From Diadema antillarum (taxonomy: Eukaryota), in the NCBI RefSeq assembly GCF_040938485.1, contig NW_027272332.1:310001-374000 (forward strand): a stretch of DNA of 64,000 bases, given 5' to 3'. A program made the translations under genes and the position numbers. Within the stretch, counting starts at the first letter, position 1. Every line of letters starts with the position of its first letter. Below are positions 1 to 11,903 of the stretch, piece after piece. The notes below the pieces were generated by a model. The model saw nothing but the letters and a program-made list of their open reading frames with translations. It was not told the origin of the DNA and did not search any database.

Positions 1-13
1 TAATTTAACTTAC

Positions 14-59
14 CTTTCCTGCCAGGTTTTCCTATTTCCGTAGTGACATGTAGCGCCAT
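14..59 (-). CDS. First coding exon of an unidentified gene that continues leftward out of the window (MALHVTTEIGKPGRK+1 nt)
   Basis: Minus strand reads aaactATGGCGCTACAT...GGCAGGAAAG|gtaagt: good start context, 15 open codons, phase-1 canonical donor at 13-12, next to a CpG-rich stretch. Too short to name. Confidence 0.6.
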
Positions 60-658
60 AGTTTCTTAAATCAGGGTGTATTGACGACAAAAAGTAAAAA
101 AGCACTACTGCATAGTGGCCAGTACAGTCCCCTGACCTCCAAACAGGCGCACCTGTCGGTGGGCTGGGCGGATAGCCGCGGCCTCTTGCTTGACCGTTGA
201 ATCGCTCCTCGGGTTAGTTCTGCTGAAGTGTTATCGCGATGAATATGTACCGGTAAAACGGTTTCCACAAACAAATGATAATCTTATCGTAACATTAATC
301 TTGAGTTATGTTACTAGATGTATATCCGTATGGGTCACCGACGGTATTCCATGCATGAGGAAATATTCCAAGTCAAATCGCTAGGACAGGGTACACAGAA
401 TCTCGGCAACTTGTTTACACCGTGTTTACGCGTGAGGGAATCGCAGTTACTACCACGGGCTGCCTTTGATTGTGACGTGCGTGCTGTACGGGGGTCAATG
501 CACCTAGCGCGTGACGCGTTGCTAGGCGATGGTCTCCTAGGCCCAGGACAAAGGGACGGTGGAGTGTTGGACAAAGCGTGCCGAGCCGCCACCAGTAGAC
601 TCACTTCCACAACACGTTTCGACGAATCAATATTCCCGCTAAAAACGCTAATGGCGAG
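60..658. promoter_or_regulatory. Putative bidirectional CpG-rich promoter region
   Basis: Visibly GC/CpG-rich compared with the AT-rich flanks. It is bounded by the minus-strand ATG at 59 and a strong plus-strand donor GCGAG|gtaagc at 658/659. Confidence 0.5.
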
Positions 659-2192
659 GTAAGCCGAGTCGCATTCATGATACTATTTTAAGTCTATAAC
701 CAAAGATGGTTCTACTCTTCCGGTCCAATCATCTAGATGAGTTGAGCTCAGTTAACCAATAATAATGTCATGTTTTCGAGTGCCAGTATGTCATGTTGTC
801 AATAATAATAATGTGATGCATTCACTCAATAACTATTATGATAGAAATTTGAAGTCGGACTATCACTTTCAAGCATCTTGATTTGTGAATGTTTTCTAAC
901 GTGTTGGGGCGCCTTTACTTTTGATTTTTATGTTAGATTTTTGACAAATATATACTCTGGCCAAACAATGCCTAATGAATCAATGAAAATTCTACATAAT
1001 GTATCACAATTTTATGTAATTTTACTCTTAACAACATAGCAACACAATTTGCTTAAGCCAGTCACTCATTTTTCAGCTTACTTTAGCAATTATCACATCA
1101 CCATTTATGTCATTCATAGCAAACCCAGAGACTAAGTAACGTACAAGAAGCCGTATATATATATATTTTTTTTTTTAAAGTATGGCTTAATGACTTAGAT
1201 TTCCAGAGTATACTATACCTTAAAATGTGATTTTTCATTATGATTTCCCAGTCCAATTACTATAGACTCCTACAGTATAGAGAATCGATTTTGTTCGATG
1301 AGTTCAAAATACTCATTTCACCGGATTAATATGCTCGCTCATGACATATCTTTCACTCAAAAGGGCGGTAAGTTTTTGATTTTGATCATGCTGCTCAAGC
1401 AAATTACATCAGAGGCATCCGGAAAATATAAACACTTGATTATCTGGCAACGTTTATAGATATACATGTACAAAGAAAGATTATTAAATGAGACTCAGTA
1501 TAACAAGATCCATTAGCCTTACTCCTGCTTATTGCTTGTTCAAAAACGTGTTCTATCTTATACGGATGACAGCATCTGTATATGATACGTAATCATACCG
1601 ATCAATGTGTTTCGCAATATTGCCACTAAAATGTTTCTGACTTTTGTATTCCTTTTATTGCAATCTTCATGTATCATTATATATGGAATAATCTAGTACC
1701 AAATGTTCTTGCTTCATGGTTTCTTGAAAATAGTATCCAGAATATTACACTCGTACTTTAAAAGATAGAGTGATTTTTTTCATTTCCTCCCCATGGCATG
1801 CATGGAGATCTGCGTTTGCTAAAAAATAAAAAAAGGAAAGAAAGAAAGAATGAAAGAATGAAAGATAGGAAAAAAAAACACACACACACAAACCCAAAAT
1901 AGTAGCATTCTCCCCGAAAAAAACAAAAACAAAAACTGCCATGAGGCAAATATTAAAGGATTGTTCCTCTCATATTAACTTTCAAAATATGTAAGCTGAA
2001 AAAAAAAGAGAAAGAAAAATGAACAAGTACCAAGATGATTATACTAGACAAAGCCATTTCCCTTTTGTGTGTCTTCCTATAGTTTTATATCAAACGGGAT
2101 GTCGGATTGAAGATGACCTCACCTGCACGTATACCAAATGCGAGAAGCATAGTGTATTCTAGATTTATGCCAGTGCAGCGTGTCGACATTAA

Positions 2193-2579
2193 AATGATGT
2201 TATAGTTCTGGTTGAGATGAGTATTCTGGCTCTAACTTTTTACATGATAGAAACTTCTTATATGAAATAGAGAGCATACAATTCTAAGAGGAATTCAAAG
2301 TTTATTTGACAAAAATCGATTCTGAAATTGCTGAGATATCCAGAAACATGGTGTTCTAATAAAAGGTTGGTCCCACCGTTTATTAGGATCACTTTGCGTT
2401 ACTTTGGGGTGGTTTTTTTTAATGTCTCAACCATTTCAAAACTAAAAGAAAAATTAAACAAACTGAATTTCTTTAAGAGTTGTATTATGCTCTTTGATAT
2501 TTCATATAAGTGGTTTTTAATCATCTCGTAGAAGCAAAAACCTGAATCCCCGGATTCTACCAAAACTATTCCATTATAT
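2193..2579. mobile_element. Degenerate copy of the palindromic TTAA MITE family
   Basis: Shares AATTCTAAGAGGAATTCAAAGTTTATT, GCTGAGATATC, GGTCCCAC and the mirrored arm. Confidence 0.7.
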
Positions 2580-4579
2580 TTAATGTTGTAAACTTAAGAA
2601 ATGTACACGATCCTCTGAATTCAAGTCTATTTGAAAAAGGGAGATAACTTAATATTGCGAGAACTTATAGGGAAGACGCAATAAAAGACGAACTGATCAG
2701 GAAGGATGATAGTGCTCTGATTTTATTCTGAGGCTATTGCTCTTAAAAAAACTTCCAAAAGATCGTGATTTACGTAAACAATATTTCCATATATTCAAAT
2801 TATCTACAAGAACCAACAGAATAAAAGGAATTCAATTGGGTACCCTAATGGAATGGAGAGTATATAATTCAGTAAATTAACCAATAGGTAAAGAAGAGCA
2901 TGAGATAATGTGATAGCTGGAGAGGATCACTAGAATGGGAGATGTCTGGGCTCAATAAAAGGAATCAAGTGTGGGATGGAATGAATGAACACACCTGAAC
3001 AGAGAATGAGTGAAGGTGACAAAACTGAACAAGCTGAAAGATATCTGAAGTAATGGTTATTTTTTGCTGTCTGTGTATCATTCCTTCAAACGCATGTCGA
3101 ATTTATACTTTTTGTACATTCTGTTGAAAGAAGTGAAAATAAAAACCTTTGAATTGAATTGAATTGAAATGGTGATGAGGTGACAACTTAATATCATTAA
3201 CATAACTGAATTATCGCCAGCAATCAGACTGCATGGCTGTGCTGAAAAGAAATCTAATGCAAATCAATGCAAGGTCAGACAATATAAAAAAAGCAGAGTA
3301 GACAAACAAGTTGTGAGTTGTATATACAGCAAAATAGATTTACATTACAATAGGCTATACTTACCTGTACTTCACCCTTATGCAAACTCATACGTAACCA
3401 TCAGTATATTACTCTTTCATTTCGGATATTTTCTTGGTTGTTGTTGTTTTTTCGCGCATTTTTCTCTTTGTCCTTTACTATTCTTGCGTATAGGGCATAA
3501 ACTATGTAAATGGGATTCCACATCCCCCGCACATTCCCTACATTCCCTAACCCTATCCACATTCCCAACAAGAATTGCAGTTTATTAGGCTTTAAGTTGT
3601 TCTACTTTCTCAAGTCAATGGAATTTTATTTCGTAAAAGCTTGCTGTTTGCTTTGCTTTCTTGGTGATGATGTTGCATTAAATCAAATATCTGAGTGTTT
3701 ATGTCATCATTTTGTTACTTTGTGCTGCTTTTGTCTTGAATGTGGAACGCACAAACAAATAAATGAAATGTAATGAATGAAATCATAGAGTGCAGCTCAC
3801 CACGCCCTAAGTATCACTCTAGGTGAGAGTATTGAAAATTAATCAAAAAACGTCTTGTTCCGTCGCCTCGATGAGAATGCGAGGTTGGCTATTTTATCTT
3901 ACATAACACGCAGACATAACGCTCTTTTCTTTCTTTTCTTTTCTTCTTTTTTTTCGTCATCGACTCGCTTCGGCACGGTGATACCAATGGGTGTGTGGGA
4001 TAAGTTATACGCTTTTGGCGGAAATTGGGTTTCTTTTGGCAACAAAATACCAAGGATCAACAGAGAACCGCTGTGCAATCAAAAAAGATTGGTGACAAAT
4101 TTCACATCCTGTTCGAATGTAACTTCTTCAGCACTCAGAGACAGGCTATATGTTACCTAAATATTACTATTGATATTAAAGTACTTTTAAAATGAAAAAG
4201 TTGTTTAATAGTGAAAATACAGGTATATTGCTGAAGCTTTGTAAACTGATTGGTGGTATTATTGCTAAGTTTAGATCCTCAAAGCCAGCCTAGATCCCCC
4301 CCCCCACCCTGCCCCGTTCGCTATACTCCTCCCCAACTTTCTCTCCAAACCCTCCGTATATCTATTAGCTCAGGACTTTCGCAAGATTATAAAAGTAACC
4401 ATAAGTTCATTACGTATATGTTGTTAATACTGTGTTTGAAGTCTTGCCTTAATACTGTATACCTTGTATTCTTTTCTTTTTCTTTCTGTACTATATTGTA
4501 CTATATTGTATAATGCAATTTATCTATATGTCTTTTTACTTTAGTTATCTTATTTTTTTTTACTTTACTTCCTACACAG

Positions 4580-4588
4580 TGAAAGACC
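4580..4588 (+). CDS. Candidate 9-nt microexon (TGAAAGACC) of the plus-strand gene
   Basis: A long polypyrimidine tract ending ttcctacacAG, then 9 nt, then GTAAGA. Symmetric, so it would keep phase 1 (x|TG AAA GAC C|CG). Confidence 0.3.
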
Positions 4589-4917
4589 GTAAGAGTAAAT
4601 CTATTATCCCACACTATTGTTTATATAGTAGAGTATTTCTTACCCAAATGATGTATACTCTATATTGAAATATACGTGCTCTCTTTAATCAACATTATAT
4701 TGAATGTTTGACTTGATATTTTTTATTTATTTTACTCTTATTTTCGATATTATGTACGCTGAACTGCTCTCAATGCACAGGCGTTTTTACCAATACCCCC
4801 CTTGAGTCTTTGCTTTGTTTAGGCCTATGCTTACATCGACATTTTGATATGTCCTTTTGTACGTGTGTTATGTTGTTGATATATTTATACAATGTGTATG
4901 CCCCCCCCCCGGCCCCC

Positions 4918-4951
<34 letters not shown>

Positions 4952-6287
4952 CCAAAAGGTGTTCAAGCTACCGAGGATTTACCATCGATGATAAATACAC
5001 AGAGTTTAGTGTGGAAGCACACGCTGTAAGTGGGATATCTCCAAAGAGGTTCTACATGTATCCTCTTTGGATATCTCGCATTGTTTTGCGCAGCTGTTTT
5101 GTGTGCGAGATCCACAGACTGTATACTATAGGTAGTTGTGTATGTGTGTAGTGCATATATAGTGCATGCAGTGCTGTGACAACCCGGCGACCCCACGACT
5201 TCAAAATGTCATCTTCGCTCAATAGAGTATGGGTCATAATATACCGTCGTGATCTAACTTGTAAGTTTTTATATCGTTCCAACTATCTATTGATGAGTTA
5301 GGACATTCTTCATTCAGTATGAAACTTCAGTGCAGTGTAACAGTTTAGTATGGCCGTTCGTAAGTTCCGTAGCAATACATCAACAACACTATGGATGCCT
5401 CTCCGAATTTCGTTGTCCCGTGTACTTGAAACGGCGTTAGTTTATTGTGCCCATGTATGAATTGCGTAATTTGCGTAAACATCAGAATTTGTAACATCAG
5501 AATTTTGGAAATACATTTTTACTTAGACCACTAGGTCTATATGAATTGTAACCATAGCTAGAACGCCTTACCCATTCTAATTTCTAGTTGTAATGGTAGA
5601 AAGATCTACCAACACCACAACTAACCTTGAATTAAAATAAAAGTAAATGCATCTTGATCAGACAATCCAGATTTAGTAGAATTGAAATAGATCTAACGTT
5701 TTCTAGAAATAGAATGTGCGGTTATGAGTCGAAGGGAACCTAATTTCATGTTTAAAAAGTCTTGTGAGCTATCTCTCTCATAAGGGAGAAATCAGTGGAA
5801 ATAGTGTGAAAGTATCACATTTTGATTGCCTTCTCTCTAGATCTATAGGCTCTAGATCTAGAAATGAAATAGACTAATTTTATACCCATTGTTTGTTTGT
5901 GCACAGCATGTTACGTGATTTCTGATGACTAATTCACCCTCTATAAAGCTTGACTACATGAAGATCTTGAGCACTGATCATTGCTGCAACAGTGAAACAT
6001 GGATATTCTATTTTACATTACACCACAAATTGCCACAATCACCATATAGAGTGAGTGTTCATTGTCATTTGCTTTAATAATGAAAAGTAAAAAGAATTGC
6101 ATTCTTTTTTTTTAAACACACACACATAAAGTTATATTATAATCCTACATAGGGTAAAACTTCAGAGATACAGCAGTCAATGCATACATTTTACAGACAC
6201 ACAACAAATGTCATTGCCTCTGTGACCTCAATGAATTGATTTTTTTTGTTTTTGTGTTTGTTTCTCTTGTGTATCTGATTCCCACAG

Positions 6288-9200
6288 CGGACACTGCAGC
6301 AGATGCATCCAAGTCTGTTCCGCGATGTGTCATCCTGCCCCAGGACAGCTCGACAGCTGAAGTCCAAGAAATATTCAGGAGCAGCCTGGCCCTGCAGGAT
6401 GAGAACTTGGTGCTGAAGGTAGACCATTGTCATGACTCTATCTTCTTTTTATTTCTACTCTCCTTATGAGTCTCTGTTGAAATTCATCAGTTACTCCATG
6501 TTTCCCCTATATCATGTCATCAAAAGTTATGTATAATATGCTCGGTGAGTAGAGGGATAAACAATGAAATATTCTTGTCAAGGTGTTTAAACTGCATTGA
6601 GGGAAGAAAATTGGGGCCACATATGATGGACCTACATGTGTCATCTTTTGAAATACCATCTCATATTTGACAATGATGATAACAACAATGCATTTGGTAA
6701 CTGTTATTATTCTAGGTAGCCAGTCTCGGTCTTAAGAAAAGGGTACTCGCCACTATCATACAAATTTGTCTGTATAGATTGCAGAGACAGATGAAGATCT
6801 ATTGCGTATATTGTACCATATTGACGTCGTGTACATACATACAAGTATGTTTATTTCATTGCCACTGACAGTATGATTTCTTCATATCATCATTTTTCTT
6901 TCTTACAGCTGAGGAATAACAGAGGATCATTGATTCCCATGAATATACACATCATACCCAACTCAAAATTCCAGTAAGTATCATTTCGTTTTGATATATT
7001 ACAGTGCCGCTTAATTATGTACTTGTTGAGGTTTTCATTTATCCATCCATTTGTTTAAATGCTCTCATATCCTTTATTCCCACTTTCCATCTAAAAAAAC
7101 AAAACAAAACAAACAACAAATAATAATAATAATCTATCATCATATACTAAGTAACTGTATAGCTTGATTCAATGGATGACTTTTCTGTTCATGTTTGGAT
7201 TGATCACAAACAATACATTCTCCAAATTTACCTTCACAATAATATCATTGCCATTGCTGTTGTTTCATTGTTATTTCCATTTCTTTTGAAGTGTGTTTTA
7301 ATTACAAAAATACATATTTTCCACACAGACCATACATACTTGAGGTGACAAAACGCTACCAGAACAGTAAGTATATCAACAAGTTTGTTTTTGTTATTGT
7401 TTGTTTGTTGTAGGAGTTTTGGTGTTTGTATTACATTCTCTCTTCTTTTGTAGGATGGTTCAGTTGCTTCTTCAAAGGCTTTTGTGGGAAAGAAACGAGC
7501 TAATTCAATTAAAGCATGCTAAAAAAAAAGTGAGTAACTGTAAAAGAAAATGTATCCTTGTTTTTAACCCCTTTAGCAAATAAAATTGCCCTTCTTTATT
7601 TCTTTTTTTCCTGCAAACAAAACTATGGTATCCCCAAAGGTCACTGAGATGCAAAATCAAGTGTACAGAAAAATCAATCAAAATCTATCAGTGCTTGTTT
7701 GAGCAAACTTACATGGCACATTTACACTTTATCAAAGAGTCATACCTCCAGTCAGTCAAGGGAAATTGACTCTTTGAGAGGTGGGCAATTTCTTATATGT
7801 TTGCAAACAGAAATACAGCTGTATACAATGCACTAGATTATATATTTCTTCAGTTTGCCAACAATCAAAAGGCCAGCATTGTTCAATCTCTGACTCATGC
7901 TCTTTCGTATGTATTTCTCTATGTATTTCCTTCCAGTCAAGCCACTGAAGCGAACAGTTAAGATTAATGGGTACAATGAGATTATCAAGCAGCGCCTCCA
8001 ACAGATTGTCAAAAGGGTAAGTAAAGTGTGAGTTGTATGTGCTTATTGGATGATATGCATAATATGCCCACAAATACATACCGGTACTTGGAATCACATT
8101 TGGAAAATATATTGTTTCACAATTTTGTAGTCCCATTGTTGAGATTCATGTAGACTTCATGTTGTCAATAATACCAGAACTGTATGAACTGTGAGGAAAA
8201 ATGATCCCCAGTTATCCAGTTTCTCTTCTTTGTATGCATAATGTATTTTCTGTGATATGATATATCGTTGCTTTGATAAGGAATGCTATCAAGGCAGCTG
8301 ACTTGTTAACCCGTTAATGACAAGTCCTGAGTATACTCGGGCAGGGGTCTGTGGGAAATGAGTGTTGTAGGCTGTAGCAAAATCGGCTTGTCCTCAACGG
8401 GTTAACTGTACTCAAAAAATTTGTGCCAAGATGAGATAACTTGTGTGCAGAGGTGTGAATCCATTTGATTATAATTGTGTTTCTTTTTAAGATAAGACCG
8501 TTGTAACTTTTCACACATGAGAATAACACCATATGGGCAGGAGGAGTGTTGCATTTAATTATGTTTTGGTAATTTTGTTTTTCACTCTCTTTCCCCCAGA
8601 TTGACAAATTAGAGGAGGCAGTCCCTGAGATGAAGACAACGAGGGAGGCTAAAATCACCAAGGTGAGGGGAAGGAGGATGGCAAGTCCAGCCTACTTTCC
8701 AGTCAGCCTAAAGATGCTTTTCTTAACCCTTTATGTGCTTTGAGTTCCGATTGACACAGAAATAGTGTTATTCACACTATCCAAAGTCTCCAGCATGGAA
8801 AGGGTTTCTGTTGTTTGGCGATGAGCTGTGGAGGTAATGGTTAAAATTACAAATCAGGAGACCAGAAACTTTTGGCTCTCTATTTATGTATATACTGCAA
8901 ACCCCAAAGCCACAGAAACAGGGATTTTGTTTTCCTCAGGAAGATACGGCTAAAACTATAAGAGGCTCTTTCAAGGTGGAGAAGTCAGTGCAGTGGTGCA
9001 GTGTGCATCTGTTTTGTAAGATGAGCTCAGTAATGAACGAATCTAACTCACAGCAACATCCCCATAATCGGTTTTTGAAGTTTCCATGATGGAAGATACA
9101 TGTAAATTACATGTGAACCCTTTTTAACATTTGCAACTGGTTTAATCTTCACACTCATCAAGGTGCAAATCAAAAGAAAAGAAAAAAAAATCATGTGCAT

Positions 9201-9753
9201 CCTTGATGTTTAACAAACATACACATATATATGATATGTGTATACATGTAAAAGAAAATTTGTGGTATCATTTTATTCATGATTGAAGAATATAAGGGAT
9301 GACAAAGTTTGAATTCATATTATGTCATGAAATTTGGGATTTAGAAATTTACGACAAACTGCATATGAGCTTAGTCCATAAGAATAATGGAAAGTACTGT
9401 ACTGAATATTGACAAGGGCAACTTTATTATAACAAGAACCTAAAAACCATGACAATTGCCTTCTTTTATCAGTCTCCTCACTATATCATTGTATTAAAGC
9501 AAAGGAATACATGTACGTTGTACAGAGAATTGAGACCAGCAAAGTCACCTTGTTAAGGAGGGTTTTGTAATACCCACCCTCTTTATAACGAGATTTCACT
9601 GGATATATGTAAAGCTATAGATGTGCCTGTCTACCAAATTTTACACAGGGTGTCGAGGAGCTCAATGTGAAGATGAACTTCCTGAACCAGAGGATGCACG
9701 AAGCCGAGTCCTCCAAGTGGCAAGGCATGTTCAAGAAGCATCCACTATGGTGA
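6288..9753 (+). CDS. Spliced gene, about 160+ aa, N-terminal ubiquitin-like/beta-grasp-type region plus coiled coil; resembles the PDE9A N-terminal region; start codon unresolved
   Basis: Exons 6288-6418, 6909-6973, 7329-7366, 7937-8016, 8600-8662, 9649-9753. All are GT-AG with consistent phases (1/0/2/1/0/0). Product: ..DTAADASKSVPRCVILPQDSSTAEVQEIFRSSLALQDENLVLKLRNNRGSLIPMNIHIIPNSKFQPYILEVTKRYQNIKPLKRTVKINGYNEIIKQRLQQIVKRIDKLEEAVPEMKTTREAKITKGVEELNVKMNFLNQRMHEAESSKWQGMFKKHPLW*. An upstream phase-1 exon is required. Confidence 0.85.
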
Positions 9754-11750
9754 GAGAGTCGTGGCAACATGCAATGCAACCAAGTCTTGTCGCAGATTCT
9801 GTGTTTATGGAGCAGGTAGATAGACATACCGGAGGTGGCCGCCCCTTTGAGTGCACAAGATTAATGTGGAATATTGCATCAAAGAGGGCAAAGTTGAGCA
9901 GCAGGTACTTGTCTTCTTAAACAGATCATCTCCTACACAATCAAATCAGATTTGTTCTCATATAAAAATGTAGTACAGAGAGACAGATCATCAGATCTCA
10001 TGCTTTTGTCAAAGATACAAAGATTTTACATGGTTATTATTTTCTCCTGTATTGATTTGAAGCTCTGCAATGCACACAATGTTTTGTTTACTAGTATCAG
10101 TATGTTTTTAGTGATCAACTCAATCCACCAGTCTTTGTTTGGTTTCTGTTGTAGATCTTGTTGACAAAATGTTGGTAGATGTATCAAGTGTGTACATTTG
10201 CTTTAGTGACAAGCACTCATGACATTCTGCACTAAATATTTTGTTCATTGTTGTGATTACCACTAGTTCCACTGTGTTATGTGTGGTGATGCTGAAGAAA
10301 TGTGTTCGTAGACTGGAAGAAAGACAGGCCTGGTATACATGTATGTGGGTAAGAAGGCACTAGAACAAGTAACGATATATATTTCAGATCTAAGGCCTTT
10401 GTGAGAATCTTGATGCCACAAGTTTCGGGCCAATACAGCTTGAGATAAATTAGCAGGTTACGTTTTTTTTTACACAATGTACTATTTTTTGTATAACATA
10501 CAGTAGCGTCCATGAAGATATTCTCCACTAGTTGCTAATGGGTCTGGGATTCAAACTCTAGGCAACATTGTTGCTCAAAGTATGGATGTGATAGGACCAG
10601 CAGTAGAGGGGTGGCTGGGTGGACGAAAAAGAAAAGAAGGTAGGTAGGGGTCTAATGACTTGCAAACATAACCTGACCGCGGTGGTGCTGAGTGAACCTG
10701 GATGTGGGTCTGAGCAGCAAGACTAGTCACAGTTTCCACAGTGAGTCTCAGATAGAGAGGAGACAAGTTACTGGCTGTCATATGACTAAAGGAGCTATCA
10801 TCCTGCTTTCCTGTCTACTACCTTGCTGTCTGTACTGTTGCTACTATATGGAAGAGTGTTGTCAATTTTTGTTTTCCTTTGCTTACCGGTACCACTTGAT
10901 TGTTGCTACTGTAATACCAACCTGTCTTTACTCGATTAAGCTTTGTCAAAATACATTGACAGAGCTCTCTCTTGGCACATTATCAAATGTCTGATGGCAA
11001 ACAGGCAACAGGGTGTGCTAAAGTGATCACTAATTTTAACTTATGAGTATGACTTGTGACCATGCTGCAAATTCACACATCTGTGGAAACTTTATTTAGC
11101 AACACTTCTATGAGTCTGCCCAGCAGACACATTAATCTATTAAATCCAGACCTTAATTTGTGTCGCAGACAGTTTGGAGTTTGACTTTATCACACTTGAG
11201 GTTATTCAAACCTGAGACTTGCAAACACCATAGTGAGGAACGGGGTACATGTACTCATGGAAGTACTTTGTAAGTAGTTGATAAAAAGTTGGTGTTCAAC
11301 TTTCTCCAAGATCTCTTTAAGTGGGTGTTGTATGTGTATGTGTGTGTGTGTGATTTGTGGTGTGAAAGCAGTAAATGCTTTTGCTATCATTGCACCCAGT
11401 ACTAAATGTGTAAACTGTGTGATTCCCTACTTTAATTTTGATTGTATATCAAACTAGCCACGATCAGTCCATATTATGGTTATGCACAGTGTCGGGAATT
11501 CTACGGTATTGATATTACATGTACCAATCTACCATGAATGTATTTAGTATTGCTTTTACAACTATATGGCTAAAGTTGTTTTAAGTTTAGATTTTTCTCA
11601 TATATTAGTCTATCAGGGGACTGTGTTAGGAGTAGAATGCATTGATTTAAGGAAAAAAAAAAAAACAACAAACATGTGCAGTTGTACTCTGTGTACTGAA
11701 GGAATGCTCAAACTTGACCAAGATCTGAAGTTCGACATCCTACTCAGGGG

Positions 11751-11903
11751 TAGTCTTTTTCAAAGGCAGCTCGCTATAATTTCAGCACATGCACACAGAA
11801 AGCAATGGACTCGCACACACAGCGTGCGACTGGCGAGCTGCGAGAGGAGCGAGCTCCTCTCGCCATATGCGAGTCCATTGCGAGCCGCCTTTGAAAAAGG
11901 CTA
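11751..11903. mobile_element. 153-bp MITE with a 9-bp TSD (Mutator-like)
   Basis: TIR TAGTCTTTTTCAAAGGCAGCTCGC / GCGAGCCGCCTTTGAAAAAGGCTA. TSD ACTCAGGGG at 11742-11750 and 11904-11912. Confidence 0.85.

Noticed and set aside
318-662. 114-aa plus ORF and overlapping minus ORFs in the promoter region
   Set aside because: No recognisable motifs; the open frames are explained by high GC content.
4810-5151. Poly-Pro / poly-Gly ORFs
   Set aside because: They arise from a poly-C homopolymer tract.
9751-9830. Selenocysteine or readthrough at the TGA, or splicing at CTATG|gtgag to further exons (for example 14524-14569)
   Set aside because: No SECIS was recognised, the readthrough extension is short and featureless, and the downstream candidate exon has no protein-like continuation. 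The simplest reading is a true stop.
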